Origin: a bacterium
Lineage (GTDB): Bacteria; Patescibacteriota; Minisyncoccia; Phycocordibacterales; UBA9973
Assembly: GCA_021824345.1 (NCBI GenBank)
Contig: JAKAKW010000006.1
Span: forward strand, 10,257 to 74,256
Direction of reading: 5' to 3'
DNA length: 64,000 bases
Shown here: one piece after another, positions 38,504-46,974 of the stretch
Layout of the letters: each line of letters starts with the position of its first letter
Numbering within the stretch: the first letter of the stretch is position 1
The notes under the pieces: model-generated
Database searches by the model: none
Told to the model about the DNA's origin: nothing
The model's input: the letters and a program-made list of their open reading frames with translations, nothing else
Program-made: the position numbers and the translations under genes

Positions 38504-39055
38504 ATGCAATACAATTTTTCATCCTTTAAGGAAAAGCTTAAAAAAGTTGAAGAGTTTCTGGCGAAAGAATATCGCGAGCTTAATATCGGCCGGGCGTCTC
38601 CGGCGGTGCTGGACGGCGTCTTTATTAATTCATATGGATCCAAAGTTCCGCTTAAAAATTCCGCTTCCATAGCCATCGAGAATCCAAAAACCCTGCGGGT
38701 TATTCCCTGGGACAAAAACCAGATTAAAGACATTGAAAAAGCCATAGTTGCTTCCAATCTCGGTCTCTCAACGGCGGCGGACGATGCGGGTATTCGTATA
38801 ATTTTCCCTCAGCTGACTTCCGAGAGCCGGGAAAAACTGATTAAGGTGCTGAAAGAAAAGCTGGAAGAGGCGCGCATAACAGCCAGGCGAGAACGTGAAG
38901 AAGTATGGGACGACATTCAAAAAATGGAAAAAGAAGGAAAACTTACCGAGGACGAGAAATTCAAAGCAAAAGACGATTTACAAGAACTTATGGACGAGAC
39001 AAACAGTAAATTGGAGGAAATTTTCGCAAAAAAAGAAAAAGAAGCTAGAGGATGA
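38504..39055 (+). CDS. frr: Ribosome recycling factor
   Basis: RRF motifs (LNIGRASP, RVIPWDKNQIKDIEKAI, LTEDE). Confidence 0.9.
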   Translation: MQYNFSSFKEKLKKVEEFLAKEYRELNIGRASPAVLDGVFINSYGSKVPLKNSASIAIENPKTLRVIPWDKNQIKDIEKAIVASNLGLSTAADDAGIRIIFPQLTSESREKLIKVLKEKLEEARITARREREEVWDDIQKMEKEGKLTEDEKFKAKDDLQELMDETNSKLEEIFAKKEKEARG

Positions 39056-39061
39056 TAGAAA

Positions 39062-40177
39062 ATGAGCGTAATAATATTTTTTATCATACTAATAGTCCTT
39101 GTCCTTGCCCACGAATTCGGGCATTTTTCCGCCGCTAAGGGATTCGGCATCCGGGTGGACGAATTCGGATTCGGTTTTCCGCCGAAGCTTTTCGGCAAAA
39201 AATTCAAGGGCGGGGAGACGGAATATTCAGTCAACCTTCTTCCATTCGGCGGATTCGTAAAGATATACGGGGAGAATCCGGACGAAGAAAATACCAGCGG
39301 CCCCGACGGCGCTCGAAGCATGGTAAACAAGCCGAAGTGGAAACAGGCCATAGTGCTTTTTGCCGGCGTGTTTGCAAACTTTGCCCTTGCCTGGCTCCTT
39401 TTTTCCATTTGTCTTATGTCCGGCCTGCCCGCCTCGGCCGGCAGCGCGCCGGACGGATACAAGCTGAGCGATTCCTCACTGGTGGTCATGTCAGTACTTC
39501 CAGGTTCTCCTGCAGAAAAGGCCGGGTTGGCCCAGGGAGACAAAATACTTTCTCTCAAAAGCGATCTTCCTTACGGACGGACAGACGTGCTGTCTGAAGT
39601 CAGCCCTGAAGGTTTGAAAGCTTTCATTATTTCCCACAAAGATGACCAGATTAAGATCGGTTACACCAACGAAGGCGTTTTAAAAGAGGTTACCGTAACT
39701 CCGGCACCGGATATTGTGGGAGGAAATCCGGGAATCGGCATAAGCATGGATGAGATAGGAGTGATAAAGCTTCCTTTTTTTCCGGCGCTATGGGCCGGGC
39801 TTAGGCTTGATTGGAGCACCGCTTCTGCCACAGCCGTCGGCCTTTATAATCTGATTGCAAATAGCATAGCCGGACACGGCAATTTTTCTTCGGTGGCCGG
39901 GCCGGTCGGGCTGGTGAATATAGTGGGGGAAGCTTATCGTTTCGGCTTTGTGTACTTATTGTCCTTCACCGCCCTTATTTCCGTGAATCTGGCAATTATA
40001 AACCTCGCGCCTTTTCCCGCCTTGGACGGAGGACGCTTGCTGTTCCTTTTGGTTGAAAAGATAAAAGGCTCAAGATTGAATCCTAAATTCGCCAATGCGG
40101 CCAATATGATCGGCTTTGCTCTGATCATTATATTGATGCTGGTAGTGACATATCACGACATAGTTCGCTTAATGTAA
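39062..40177 (+). CDS. rseP: RIP metalloprotease RseP (site-2 protease, M50 family with PDZ domain)
   Basis: HEFGHF zinc motif in the first TM helix, a PDZ-like region (GSPAEKAGLAQGDKIL) and LDGG near the C-terminus. Confidence 0.9.
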   Translation: MSVIIFFIILIVLVLAHEFGHFSAAKGFGIRVDEFGFGFPPKLFGKKFKGGETEYSVNLLPFGGFVKIYGENPDEENTSGPDGARSMVNKPKWKQAIVLFAGVFANFALAWLLFSICLMSGLPASAGSAPDGYKLSDSSLVVMSVLPGSPAEKAGLAQGDKILSLKSDLPYGRTDVLSEVSPEGLKAFIISHKDDQIKIGYTNEGVLKEVTVTPAPDIVGGNPGIGISMDEIGVIKLPFFPALWAGLRLDWSTASATAVGLYNLIANSIAGHGNFSSVAGPVGLVNIVGEAYRFGFVYLLSFTALISVNLAIINLAPFPALDGGRLLFLLVEKIKGSRLNPKFANAANMIGFALIIILMLVVTYHDIVRLM

Positions 40178-40300
40178 GCCGAGGAGACAGGGTTTGAAGC
40201 ACTGAGTAGTGGGCGGAGGGTTGCCCCTGCCTGCCGGCAGGCAAGGCTGACAGGCAGGCTCTGCCCTAGATTTTTTCGATGGGCGTGGTACTATTTAAAC

Positions 40301-42055
40301 ATGACGACAGAAACCCAGCAATGCCAGAATTGTAAAAATGATTTCACCATTGAACCGGAAGACTTCGGTTTCTACGAAAAAATCAAAGTGCCTCCGCCCA
40401 CTTGGTGCCCGGAGTGTCGCTTGGTTCGACGCTTGATCTGGCGCAATGAGCGCGAGCTGTATAAAAGAAAATGCTCAATGTGCGGGAAGGACATGATTTC
40501 CATTTGCGGTCCATTTAATACTTCGACTGTATATTGCAAAGATTGCTGGTGGAGCGACAAATGGGATCCGATGTCGTACGGTGCTGAATATGATTTTGGA
40601 AAAGATTTTTTTACTCAATTCCAAGACCTCATGAGAAAAGTTCCCTTAATTAGCCTGTTCACCGGGGGAACGCAAGTGAACTCAGATTATACGAACTTTA
40701 CTGCCAGTAACCGGGACAGTTATTTGGTTTTTGGCGGAAATGAAAATGAACAAGTGACTTATGCCAAGAATGCCTCATATTCAAAAAACTCCTCAGATAT
40801 TTTGAGCGGGGATAAGCTGGAATTATGCTATGAGGACATTGAATGTATTAATTCTTACCGTCTATCTTTTAGCCGGCAATGCGAGAATTGTACGGACTCC
40901 GTCTTTCTTTTTGACTGCAGAAACTGCCAAAACTGTTTTGCCTGCGTCAATTTGCGCAACAAAAGTTATTGCATTTGGAACACGCAGTACAGTAGAGAAG
41001 ACTACCTGAGAAAGATAGAGGAAATGAAACTGGGCAGCAATTCGTCGCTGCAGAAAACAAAGGCGCAATTTAAGGATTTTTCAGAAAAGGCAATTTGCAA
41101 ATATGCGCATATGCTGAACACAAAAGGCTCAACGGGCAACAATCAGGAAAATACCAGGAATTGCAGATCGTGCTTTGACGTGTTCGGCGACGGGTCGGAG
41201 AACAGCAAATATTCCCATTATGTAGTCAAAGGGATAAGCGATTCTTATGATAATTATGGCGTGAAAAGGGCTGAAAGGGTATATGAGACTATTGCCATAG
41301 GATTCGAAATGAACGAGAATTCCGATTATTATTTTGATTTTTTCGTAAAAGGGTGCAGCCGGGCATATTATTCCAGCAACTGCATATCCTGCGACGATAT
41401 ATTCGGATGCGCCAATTTGCGGAAAAAGCAATATTGCATTTTAAATCGCCAGTATTCCAAAGAAGAGTACGAAGCACTTTTGCCGAAAATAATAAAGCAG
41501 ATGGGCGATATGCCCTATACGGACAAGACAGGGAAAGTATATAGATTTGGCGAATTTTTCCCTCCTGAATTTTCTCCTTTTGCGTACAACGAGGCTATCG
41601 TGCAGGAATATTTTCCACTGGACGAAAAGAGAGCGAGTGAACGTGGTTTTGCCTGGAGAAAAAGAGAGGAGCGTGATTATAAGATTGACATTGAATATGA
41701 AAAGCTCCCTGACGACATAAAAGATTCTGCCGACGATATTGCCGGCAAAGTTATTGAATGCGCACACAAAGGAGAGTGTGATGAGCAATGTACGGAAGCG
41801 TTTAAGATTCTTCCCAAAGAACTAGTCTTTTATAGACAAATTGGTGTTCCATTGCCGCGTCTTTGCCCTAATTGCCGGCATTACGAAAGACAGAAGCAAA
41901 GGAATCCTATGAGGCTTTGGCATCGCTCCTGCATGTGTGACAAGCAGAATCATGGTCACCAAGGTGCTTGCCCCAACATTTTTGAGACCAGCTATGCTCC
42001 CGAACGGCCCGAAAAAATATATTGCGAAGAGTGCTACAACAAAGAGGTATATTAG
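40301..42055 (+). CDS. Cysteine-rich multi-zinc-ribbon protein, paralog 2 of 3 (uncharacterised family)
   Basis: 584 aa, same architecture as the ORFs at 19133 and 42058. The termini are nearly identical in motif (QCQNCKxxFxIxPEDFxFYEKIKVPPPTWCPECR ... PLPxLCPNCRxYER...EKIYCEECYNKEVY). Confidence 0.6.
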   Translation: MTTETQQCQNCKNDFTIEPEDFGFYEKIKVPPPTWCPECRLVRRLIWRNERELYKRKCSMCGKDMISICGPFNTSTVYCKDCWWSDKWDPMSYGAEYDFGKDFFTQFQDLMRKVPLISLFTGGTQVNSDYTNFTASNRDSYLVFGGNENEQVTYAKNASYSKNSSDILSGDKLELCYEDIECINSYRLSFSRQCENCTDSVFLFDCRNCQNCFACVNLRNKSYCIWNTQYSREDYLRKIEEMKLGSNSSLQKTKAQFKDFSEKAICKYAHMLNTKGSTGNNQENTRNCRSCFDVFGDGSENSKYSHYVVKGISDSYDNYGVKRAERVYETIAIGFEMNENSDYYFDFFVKGCSRAYYSSNCISCDDIFGCANLRKKQYCILNRQYSKEEYEALLPKIIKQMGDMPYTDKTGKVYRFGEFFPPEFSPFAYNEAIVQEYFPLDEKRASERGFAWRKREERDYKIDIEYEKLPDDIKDSADDIAGKVIECAHKGECDEQCTEAFKILPKELVFYRQIGVPLPRLCPNCRHYERQKQRNPMRLWHRSCMCDKQNHGHQGACPNIFETSYAPERPEKIYCEECYNKEVY

Positions 42056-42057
42056 CC

Positions 42058-43797
42058 ATGCCGCCCGAGACCAAACAATGCCAAAATTGCAAGGGGAGCT
42101 TCATCATTGACCCCGAAGATTTCTCATTTTACGAAAAAATCAAAGTGCCTCCGCCGACATGGTGTCCGGAATGCCGGATGCAAAGGCGATTGCGATTCAG
42201 AAATGAAAGAGAATTGTATCACTTTACTTGCGGACTCTGCGGGAAGAGGGGTATTTCAATGTACAAACCGGAATCTCCCTTTCCCATATATTGCGTGAAC
42301 TGCTGGTATTCTGACAAATGGGATGAGCTCTCTTGCGGTGCGGATTATGATTTTTCCAAGCCATTTTTTGAACAAATGAACGATCTGTTTAAAAAAGTTC
42401 CGCGAGCCAATATTTTTCTGAGGAATATAGTGAACGGGGAATATTCAAACATCAACGGAGAAAGTAAAAACGTGTATCTTACGTATTCGGCCAACGGATC
42501 GGAAAATGCGTATTACTCCAAAGCCGTAGATAAATCCAAAGGCGTTTTTGATTGTTTGAATACCGTAAGCTGCGGAAACTGCTACGAAGTCGTACGCGGA
42601 GAAAATAATTACAACTGCAGCTTTTTGACTTTGTCTCGCAATTGCATAGACTCTTCTTTTCTTTACGATTGCTCGGATTGCAGCAACTGCTTTTTATGCG
42701 CTGGATTGTGCAGTAAGAAATTCTGCATTGAAAACAAGCAATATTCCGAATCTGAATATAACGACAAGGTGAAGCACATGAATACGAGAAGCAGGGCAGG
42801 AGTAAAAAAAGTTAAAGAAAAGTGGACAGAACTTATTCTTAAGTTTCCGCATAGATACGCATATATAATGCGGTCTGTGAACAGCACCGGGGACGATTTG
42901 GAAGGCGATAAAAATGTAAAATTATCTTTTGAAATATATAACAGCGAAAATACCAAGTTCCTCCTTCGATGCTTTGGAGCCAAGGATTCATACGACGGAA
43001 ATAATATTGCGAACTCCGAAATGGTGTACGAGTTTGCGGGCGGGGGCGCGAATGACAGCTCGCGCCTCTTGTTCTCCAGCAATGGAATAAAAAACCTAAG
43101 AAATGCCGAATATACAGATTACTGTTTCTCTTCTTCAGACGTATTCGGCGGAATATCCTTAAGAGGGAAGAAATATTGCATTTTGAACAGGCAATATTCA
43201 GAGCAAGAATACAAAAGATTGCTGCCGAAGGTGATTCAGCACATGAATAACATGCCGTACAAAGACGCAAGCGGGAATGTTTACAAATACGGGGAATTTT
43301 TCCCGCCTGAACTTTCTACGTTTTGTTACAACGAGTCTTTAGCTCAGGAGTATTTCACTTTAACCAAAGATGAAGCGGAAAAACGCGGATATTCATGGAA
43401 GGACAGGGAAGAGAGAAATCTTGACATTAATATCAAATACGAAGATATCCCGGATGATATCAAGAATGTGAATGAAGAAATTGTCGGCAAGGTCATTGAA
43501 TGCGGGCACAGGGGCGCATGCAATGAAAGATGTACAGGGGCTTTCAAAATAATCCAAGAAGAATTTTACTTTTATATAAAAGCTGGAATTCCTTTGCCTG
43601 GCCTCTGCCCTAATTGCCGGTATTATGAAAGGCTAAAACAAAAAAACCCTATAAAGCTCTGGCACAGGGCATGCATGTGCGAAAACATGAGTCATGGCCA
43701 CAAGGAAAAATGCCAGAACGAGTTTGAGACTCCATATGCCCCTGAGCGGCCCGAAAAAATATATTGCGAAGAGTGCTATAACAAAGAAGTTTATTAG
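42058..43797 (+). CDS. Cysteine-rich multi-zinc-ribbon protein, paralog 3 of 3 (tandem with paralog 2)
   Basis: The ATG lies 2 nt after the stop of paralog 2. The first 60 and last 80 residues are about 70% identical to paralog 2. Confidence 0.6.
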   Translation: MPPETKQCQNCKGSFIIDPEDFSFYEKIKVPPPTWCPECRMQRRLRFRNERELYHFTCGLCGKRGISMYKPESPFPIYCVNCWYSDKWDELSCGADYDFSKPFFEQMNDLFKKVPRANIFLRNIVNGEYSNINGESKNVYLTYSANGSENAYYSKAVDKSKGVFDCLNTVSCGNCYEVVRGENNYNCSFLTLSRNCIDSSFLYDCSDCSNCFLCAGLCSKKFCIENKQYSESEYNDKVKHMNTRSRAGVKKVKEKWTELILKFPHRYAYIMRSVNSTGDDLEGDKNVKLSFEIYNSENTKFLLRCFGAKDSYDGNNIANSEMVYEFAGGGANDSSRLLFSSNGIKNLRNAEYTDYCFSSSDVFGGISLRGKKYCILNRQYSEQEYKRLLPKVIQHMNNMPYKDASGNVYKYGEFFPPELSTFCYNESLAQEYFTLTKDEAEKRGYSWKDREERNLDINIKYEDIPDDIKNVNEEIVGKVIECGHRGACNERCTGAFKIIQEEFYFYIKAGIPLPGLCPNCRYYERLKQKNPIKLWHRACMCENMSHGHKEKCQNEFETPYAPERPEKIYCEECYNKEVY

Positions 43798-43863
43798 ACC
43801 ACACATTAAAAAGTGGGAGGCAAGGCCTCCAGCTTTTGGATATGTGGTAAAATTAATGGCAAT

Positions 43864-44598
43864 ATGAAAACCAAGCTGATTCACGAGGTTCGGGCGGTAA
43901 AAACAAAAAAAGAGCTTGCCAATATCATCAAGGCGCAAAGAATAAGCGAGGAGGTGCTGAAAGATGCTCTTAAGCACTTGCATACAGGCATAAACGAGAA
44001 AGAAATGGAAGCCTTCATTAGGCGCGCCTTTGTCAGGCATAAGGCTCATGTGCTTTCCTTTGAGCCGATTGTGGCCTTTGGCAGGGGAAGCGCCGATATC
44101 CATCACGCGCCCGGCAAATATAAATTAAAATCCGGCGACATTATCATGTTTGATTTCGGCACAACAGTGAACCATTACTGTTCCGACATGACCCGTACAT
44201 ATTTTTGGAGCAAGCCGACCAAGCGGCAGGAAAAAATTTACAAGGCCGTGCTTTTCGCGCAGGAAAAGGCAATAGAGAAAATTGCAAAAGGAGAGAAACG
44301 GGCATGGATAATTGACCGCTCCGCAAGGCAATTTCTTGCAAGCAAGTTCGGCAAGGATAATTTTCGGCACGGTCTCGGACACGGAGTGGGAACGGTAATC
44401 CATGAATGGCCCGGGCTTACCCCAAAGAGCAAAGACATCTTGCCAGTCGGATGCGTTATGACAGTCGAGCCAGGCCTGTATTTCAAGGGCTGGGGCGGAA
44501 TACGCATTGAAGACATGGTTTTGGTGACCAAATCGGGCTGTAAAAACCTCACCAAAAGCTCTAAAACGCTTGAGAATGCAATATTAAATGAGAAATGA
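43864..44598 (+). CDS. M24-family metallopeptidase (Xaa-Pro aminopeptidase / methionine aminopeptidase-like)
   Basis: Pita-bread-fold metal ligand motifs (DFGTTVNHYCSDMTRT, HGLGHGVGTVIHEWP, GIRIEDMV). The start was moved to the ATG downstream of a REP-like hairpin. Confidence 0.75.
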   Translation: MKTKLIHEVRAVKTKKELANIIKAQRISEEVLKDALKHLHTGINEKEMEAFIRRAFVRHKAHVLSFEPIVAFGRGSADIHHAPGKYKLKSGDIIMFDFGTTVNHYCSDMTRTYFWSKPTKRQEKIYKAVLFAQEKAIEKIAKGEKRAWIIDRSARQFLASKFGKDNFRHGLGHGVGTVIHEWPGLTPKSKDILPVGCVMTVEPGLYFKGWGGIRIEDMVLVTKSGCKNLTKSSKTLENAILNEK

Positions 44599-44610
44599 TA
44601 TACTTTCCCC

Positions 44611-45672
44611 ATGTCTAAAAAACGGATCAAGGTGGGCGTGATTTTCGGCGGTAAATCGGCTGAGCACGAGGTGTCCCTGCAGTCCGCACGGAATGTTATA
44701 AACGCGCTGGACAAGAAAAAGTATGAAGTGGTACCCATAGGCATTAGTAAGGACGGAAAATGGTTTTTGGGCGACAGTAGAAAATATCTATTAAACGAAA
44801 GTAATCCAAAACTCATTAGGCTGAATAAATCAAATAAGGAGGTTGTTTTGTTCGGAGAAAGGGCCGGTCCTGCTGGGAGATTGGATGTGGTGTTTCCGGT
44901 GCTTCACGGTCCCTACGGTGAGGACGGAAGCGTGCAAGGCATGCTCAAGCTGGCGGGTATTCCGTTTGTCGGTGCAGGCGTGCTTGGTTCTGCTGTCGGC
45001 ATGGACAAAGATACTGCCAAAAGGCTTTTGCGCGAGGCCGGCATAAATGTCGCCGACTATCTTGTATTTCAGGGCAAAAACAAAATCCGCCCTACTGAGA
45101 TTTATAAGAAACTTGGCAGGCCGGTTTACGTGAAGCCGTCTAACATGGGCTCATCCGTCGGTGTTTCAAAAGCGGAGAATGATGCCGAGCTCCGAAACGC
45201 AACAAAGGAGGCTTTTAAGTTTGATACAAAAATAATTATTGAAGAAGAAATAAAAGGCAGGGAAATTGAATGCTCCGTCTTGGGCAACGAAAAACCGATT
45301 GCCTCCTTGCCGGGCGAGATCATTCCCGATGATGAATTTTACTCTTACGACGCAAAATACATAACTGAAGGAACCCGGCTGGTTGTTCCCGCCAAGCTCT
45401 CAAAGAGCCTTATTAAAAAGGTGCAGAACACTGCCGTCCAGGTCTTCAAAACACTGAACTGCGAGGGCATGGGCCGGGTTGACTTTTTCCTTACCCAAAA
45501 GGGGAAATTGTACGTAAACGAGATTAATACCATTCCGGGTTTTACCAATATCAGCATGTATCCAAAGCTTTGGGAAGCCAGCGGGATTTCTCAACCCGAA
45601 CTTTTTGATAGGCTAATAGGACTTGCCCTGGAAAGGCACAGGAAGGAGAAAAAACTGAAGAGCTCCGTATAG
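44611..45672 (+). CDS. ddl: D-alanine--D-alanine ligase
   Basis: VGVIFGGKSAEHEVSLQSA N-terminus and an ATP-grasp domain (EINTIPGFT). Confidence 0.9.
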   Translation: MSKKRIKVGVIFGGKSAEHEVSLQSARNVINALDKKKYEVVPIGISKDGKWFLGDSRKYLLNESNPKLIRLNKSNKEVVLFGERAGPAGRLDVVFPVLHGPYGEDGSVQGMLKLAGIPFVGAGVLGSAVGMDKDTAKRLLREAGINVADYLVFQGKNKIRPTEIYKKLGRPVYVKPSNMGSSVGVSKAENDAELRNATKEAFKFDTKIIIEEEIKGREIECSVLGNEKPIASLPGEIIPDDEFYSYDAKYITEGTRLVVPAKLSKSLIKKVQNTAVQVFKTLNCEGMGRVDFFLTQKGKLYVNEINTIPGFTNISMYPKLWEASGISQPELFDRLIGLALERHRKEKKLKSSV

Positions 45673-45711
45673 CTTGCAAATTAAAGCGATTTATAGTAAC
45701 TTATATCCATT

Positions 45712-45870
45712 ATGTCACAAGATAGACTTATAAAACTGGCTTGCGGAAACTGCAAGAGAATTAATTATTGGTCAAGCAAAAACAGGAAGACGGTGACCAA
45801 GAAAATAGAGCTCAATAAGTACTGCAAGTGGTGCAAGAAAAGTACCAAACACAAGGAAATTAAGAAATAA
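45712..45870 (+). CDS. rpmG: 50S ribosomal protein L33
   Basis: Hand-translated 52 aa protein MSQDRLIKLACGNCKRINYWSSKNRKTVTKKIELNKYCKWCKKSTKHKEIKK with the L33 zinc ribbon (CxxC...CxxC). It is below the ORF-track cutoff and is followed by a hairpin terminator. Confidence 0.8.
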   Translation: MSQDRLIKLACGNCKRINYWSSKNRKTVTKKIELNKYCKWCKKSTKHKEIKK

Positions 45871-45923
45871 TCCTTGCGCGGACCGTATTTGTGGCGGGTG
45901 TTTCCGCCAAATGTTACAATTGA

Positions 45924-45958
45924 TGTGCGGCAAGCGTTTGCCGCGCGTTCTTTGCATT
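45924..45958 (+). terminator. Rho-independent terminator after rpmG
   Basis: GCGGCAA-GCG-TTGCCGC hairpin followed by GTTCTTTG. Confidence 0.45.
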
Positions 45959-46034
45959 AAAGAGGCATTATTATCAATTTTTGCCTCCTTTACCTCTCCG
46001 GTTTTCCGCTATATGGCGGACCGGAGAGGGGATA

Positions 46035-46105
46035 GGGCGATTAGTTAAGTGGTATAACTTCGGTCTCCAAAACCGATGTCGGGGGTTCGATTCCCTCATC
46101 GCCCG
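46035..46105 (+). tRNA. tRNA-Trp (anticodon CCA)
   Basis: Acceptor GGGCGAT/ATCGCCC, anticodon stem-loop TCGGT-CTCCAAA-ACCGA, T arm GGGGG-TTCGATT-CCCTC, discriminator G. Confidence 0.85.
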
Positions 46106-46974
46106 CCCTTCCATTTTATTTCCTTATCACGTTTGAACCATTGCATCTGCCGCTTGGCGTAGCGCCAGCTTTCGGTTTTGATTTTTGAGAGCATTTCCTC
46201 TCTGCTGATTTTCTTTTGCAGGTATTGCGCCACATACCGGTACTCAAGGCCGAGCTCTTCCAGGCGTCTCCAGGAAAGGCTGTCCTCATGCAGTTTGCGC
46301 ACCTCTGATACCATTCCCTCTTTCATTCTGGCCAAAAGACGCTTTTTAATTTTTCTCTTTAGTTCATTTTCCGGCAATTTCAGGCCTATTTTCATAAACT
46401 CATATTTGGACGCAGGGTTACCCTCCGCCCTAGACGGCAGGGGAGGCACACGGCCCAATTTTTTAGCAATCTCAATGGCTCTCACCAGGCGCACTTTGTT
46501 TTTTGCATCAATATTTTTTGCACGTTTCGGATCTATTTTCCTGAGCAGTTTAAAAAGCTCGTCAGCTCCCTTTTTTTCAAGGAGATTGCGCATGGCCTGA
46601 TTCGGCGGGACCTCGGGAAAAACGATGCCCTTGGTTATAGAATCAATATACAATCCGGTGCCTCCGCAAATTATTGGAGTTTTACCGCGGGCCAAAATTT
46701 TTTTAATGGCTGCCATTGCCAGCTTCTGGTATTGCGCCGCTGTAAACCTGCGTTTCGGGCTCGCAACATCCAAAAGATGGTGCGGCACCCCGCGCATTTC
46801 TTTTTTTGTAATTTTTCCGCTGCCAATATCAAGCCCTTTGTAGACCTGTCTTGAATCGGCCGATACCACTTCTCCGCCGATTTTTCGCGCCATTTTTACC
46901 GCCAAAGCGCTCTTGCCTGCGGCAGTCTGTCCCAGAATGACAATAATTTTTTGCTTATTTGAATAAACGGACAT
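46096..46974 (-). CDS. miaA: tRNA dimethylallyltransferase MiaA
   Basis: P-loop ILGQTAAGKSALAV and IPT family motifs. The 3' end overlaps tRNA-Trp by about 10 nt on the opposite strand. Confidence 0.85.
   Translation of the reverse strand: MSVYSNKQKIIVILGQTAAGKSALAVKMARKIGGEVVSADSRQVYKGLDIGSGKITKKEMRGVPHHLLDVASPKRRFTAAQYQKLAMAAIKKILARGKTPIICGGTGLYIDSITKGIVFPEVPPNQAMRNLLEKKGADELFKLLRKIDPKRAKNIDAKNKVRLVRAIEIAKKLGRVPPLPSRAEGNPASKYEFMKIGLKLPENELKRKIKKRLLARMKEGMVSEVRKLHEDSLSWRRLEELGLEYRYVAQYLQKKISREEMLSKIKTESWRYAKRQMQWFKRDKEIKWKGGR

Noticed and set aside
43813-43863. ORF-track start (GTG) of the M24 peptidase at 43813
   Set aside because: The GTG lies inside a REP-like hairpin (GTGGGAGGCAAGGCCTCC) that follows the upstream stop. 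The conserved protein begins at the ATG at 43864 (MKTKLIHE...). The ORF-track starts at 22732 (rplY), 13526 (YqeY), 20784 (FAD oxidase), 61574 (NUDIX) and 27037 (atpI) were likewise moved downstream.
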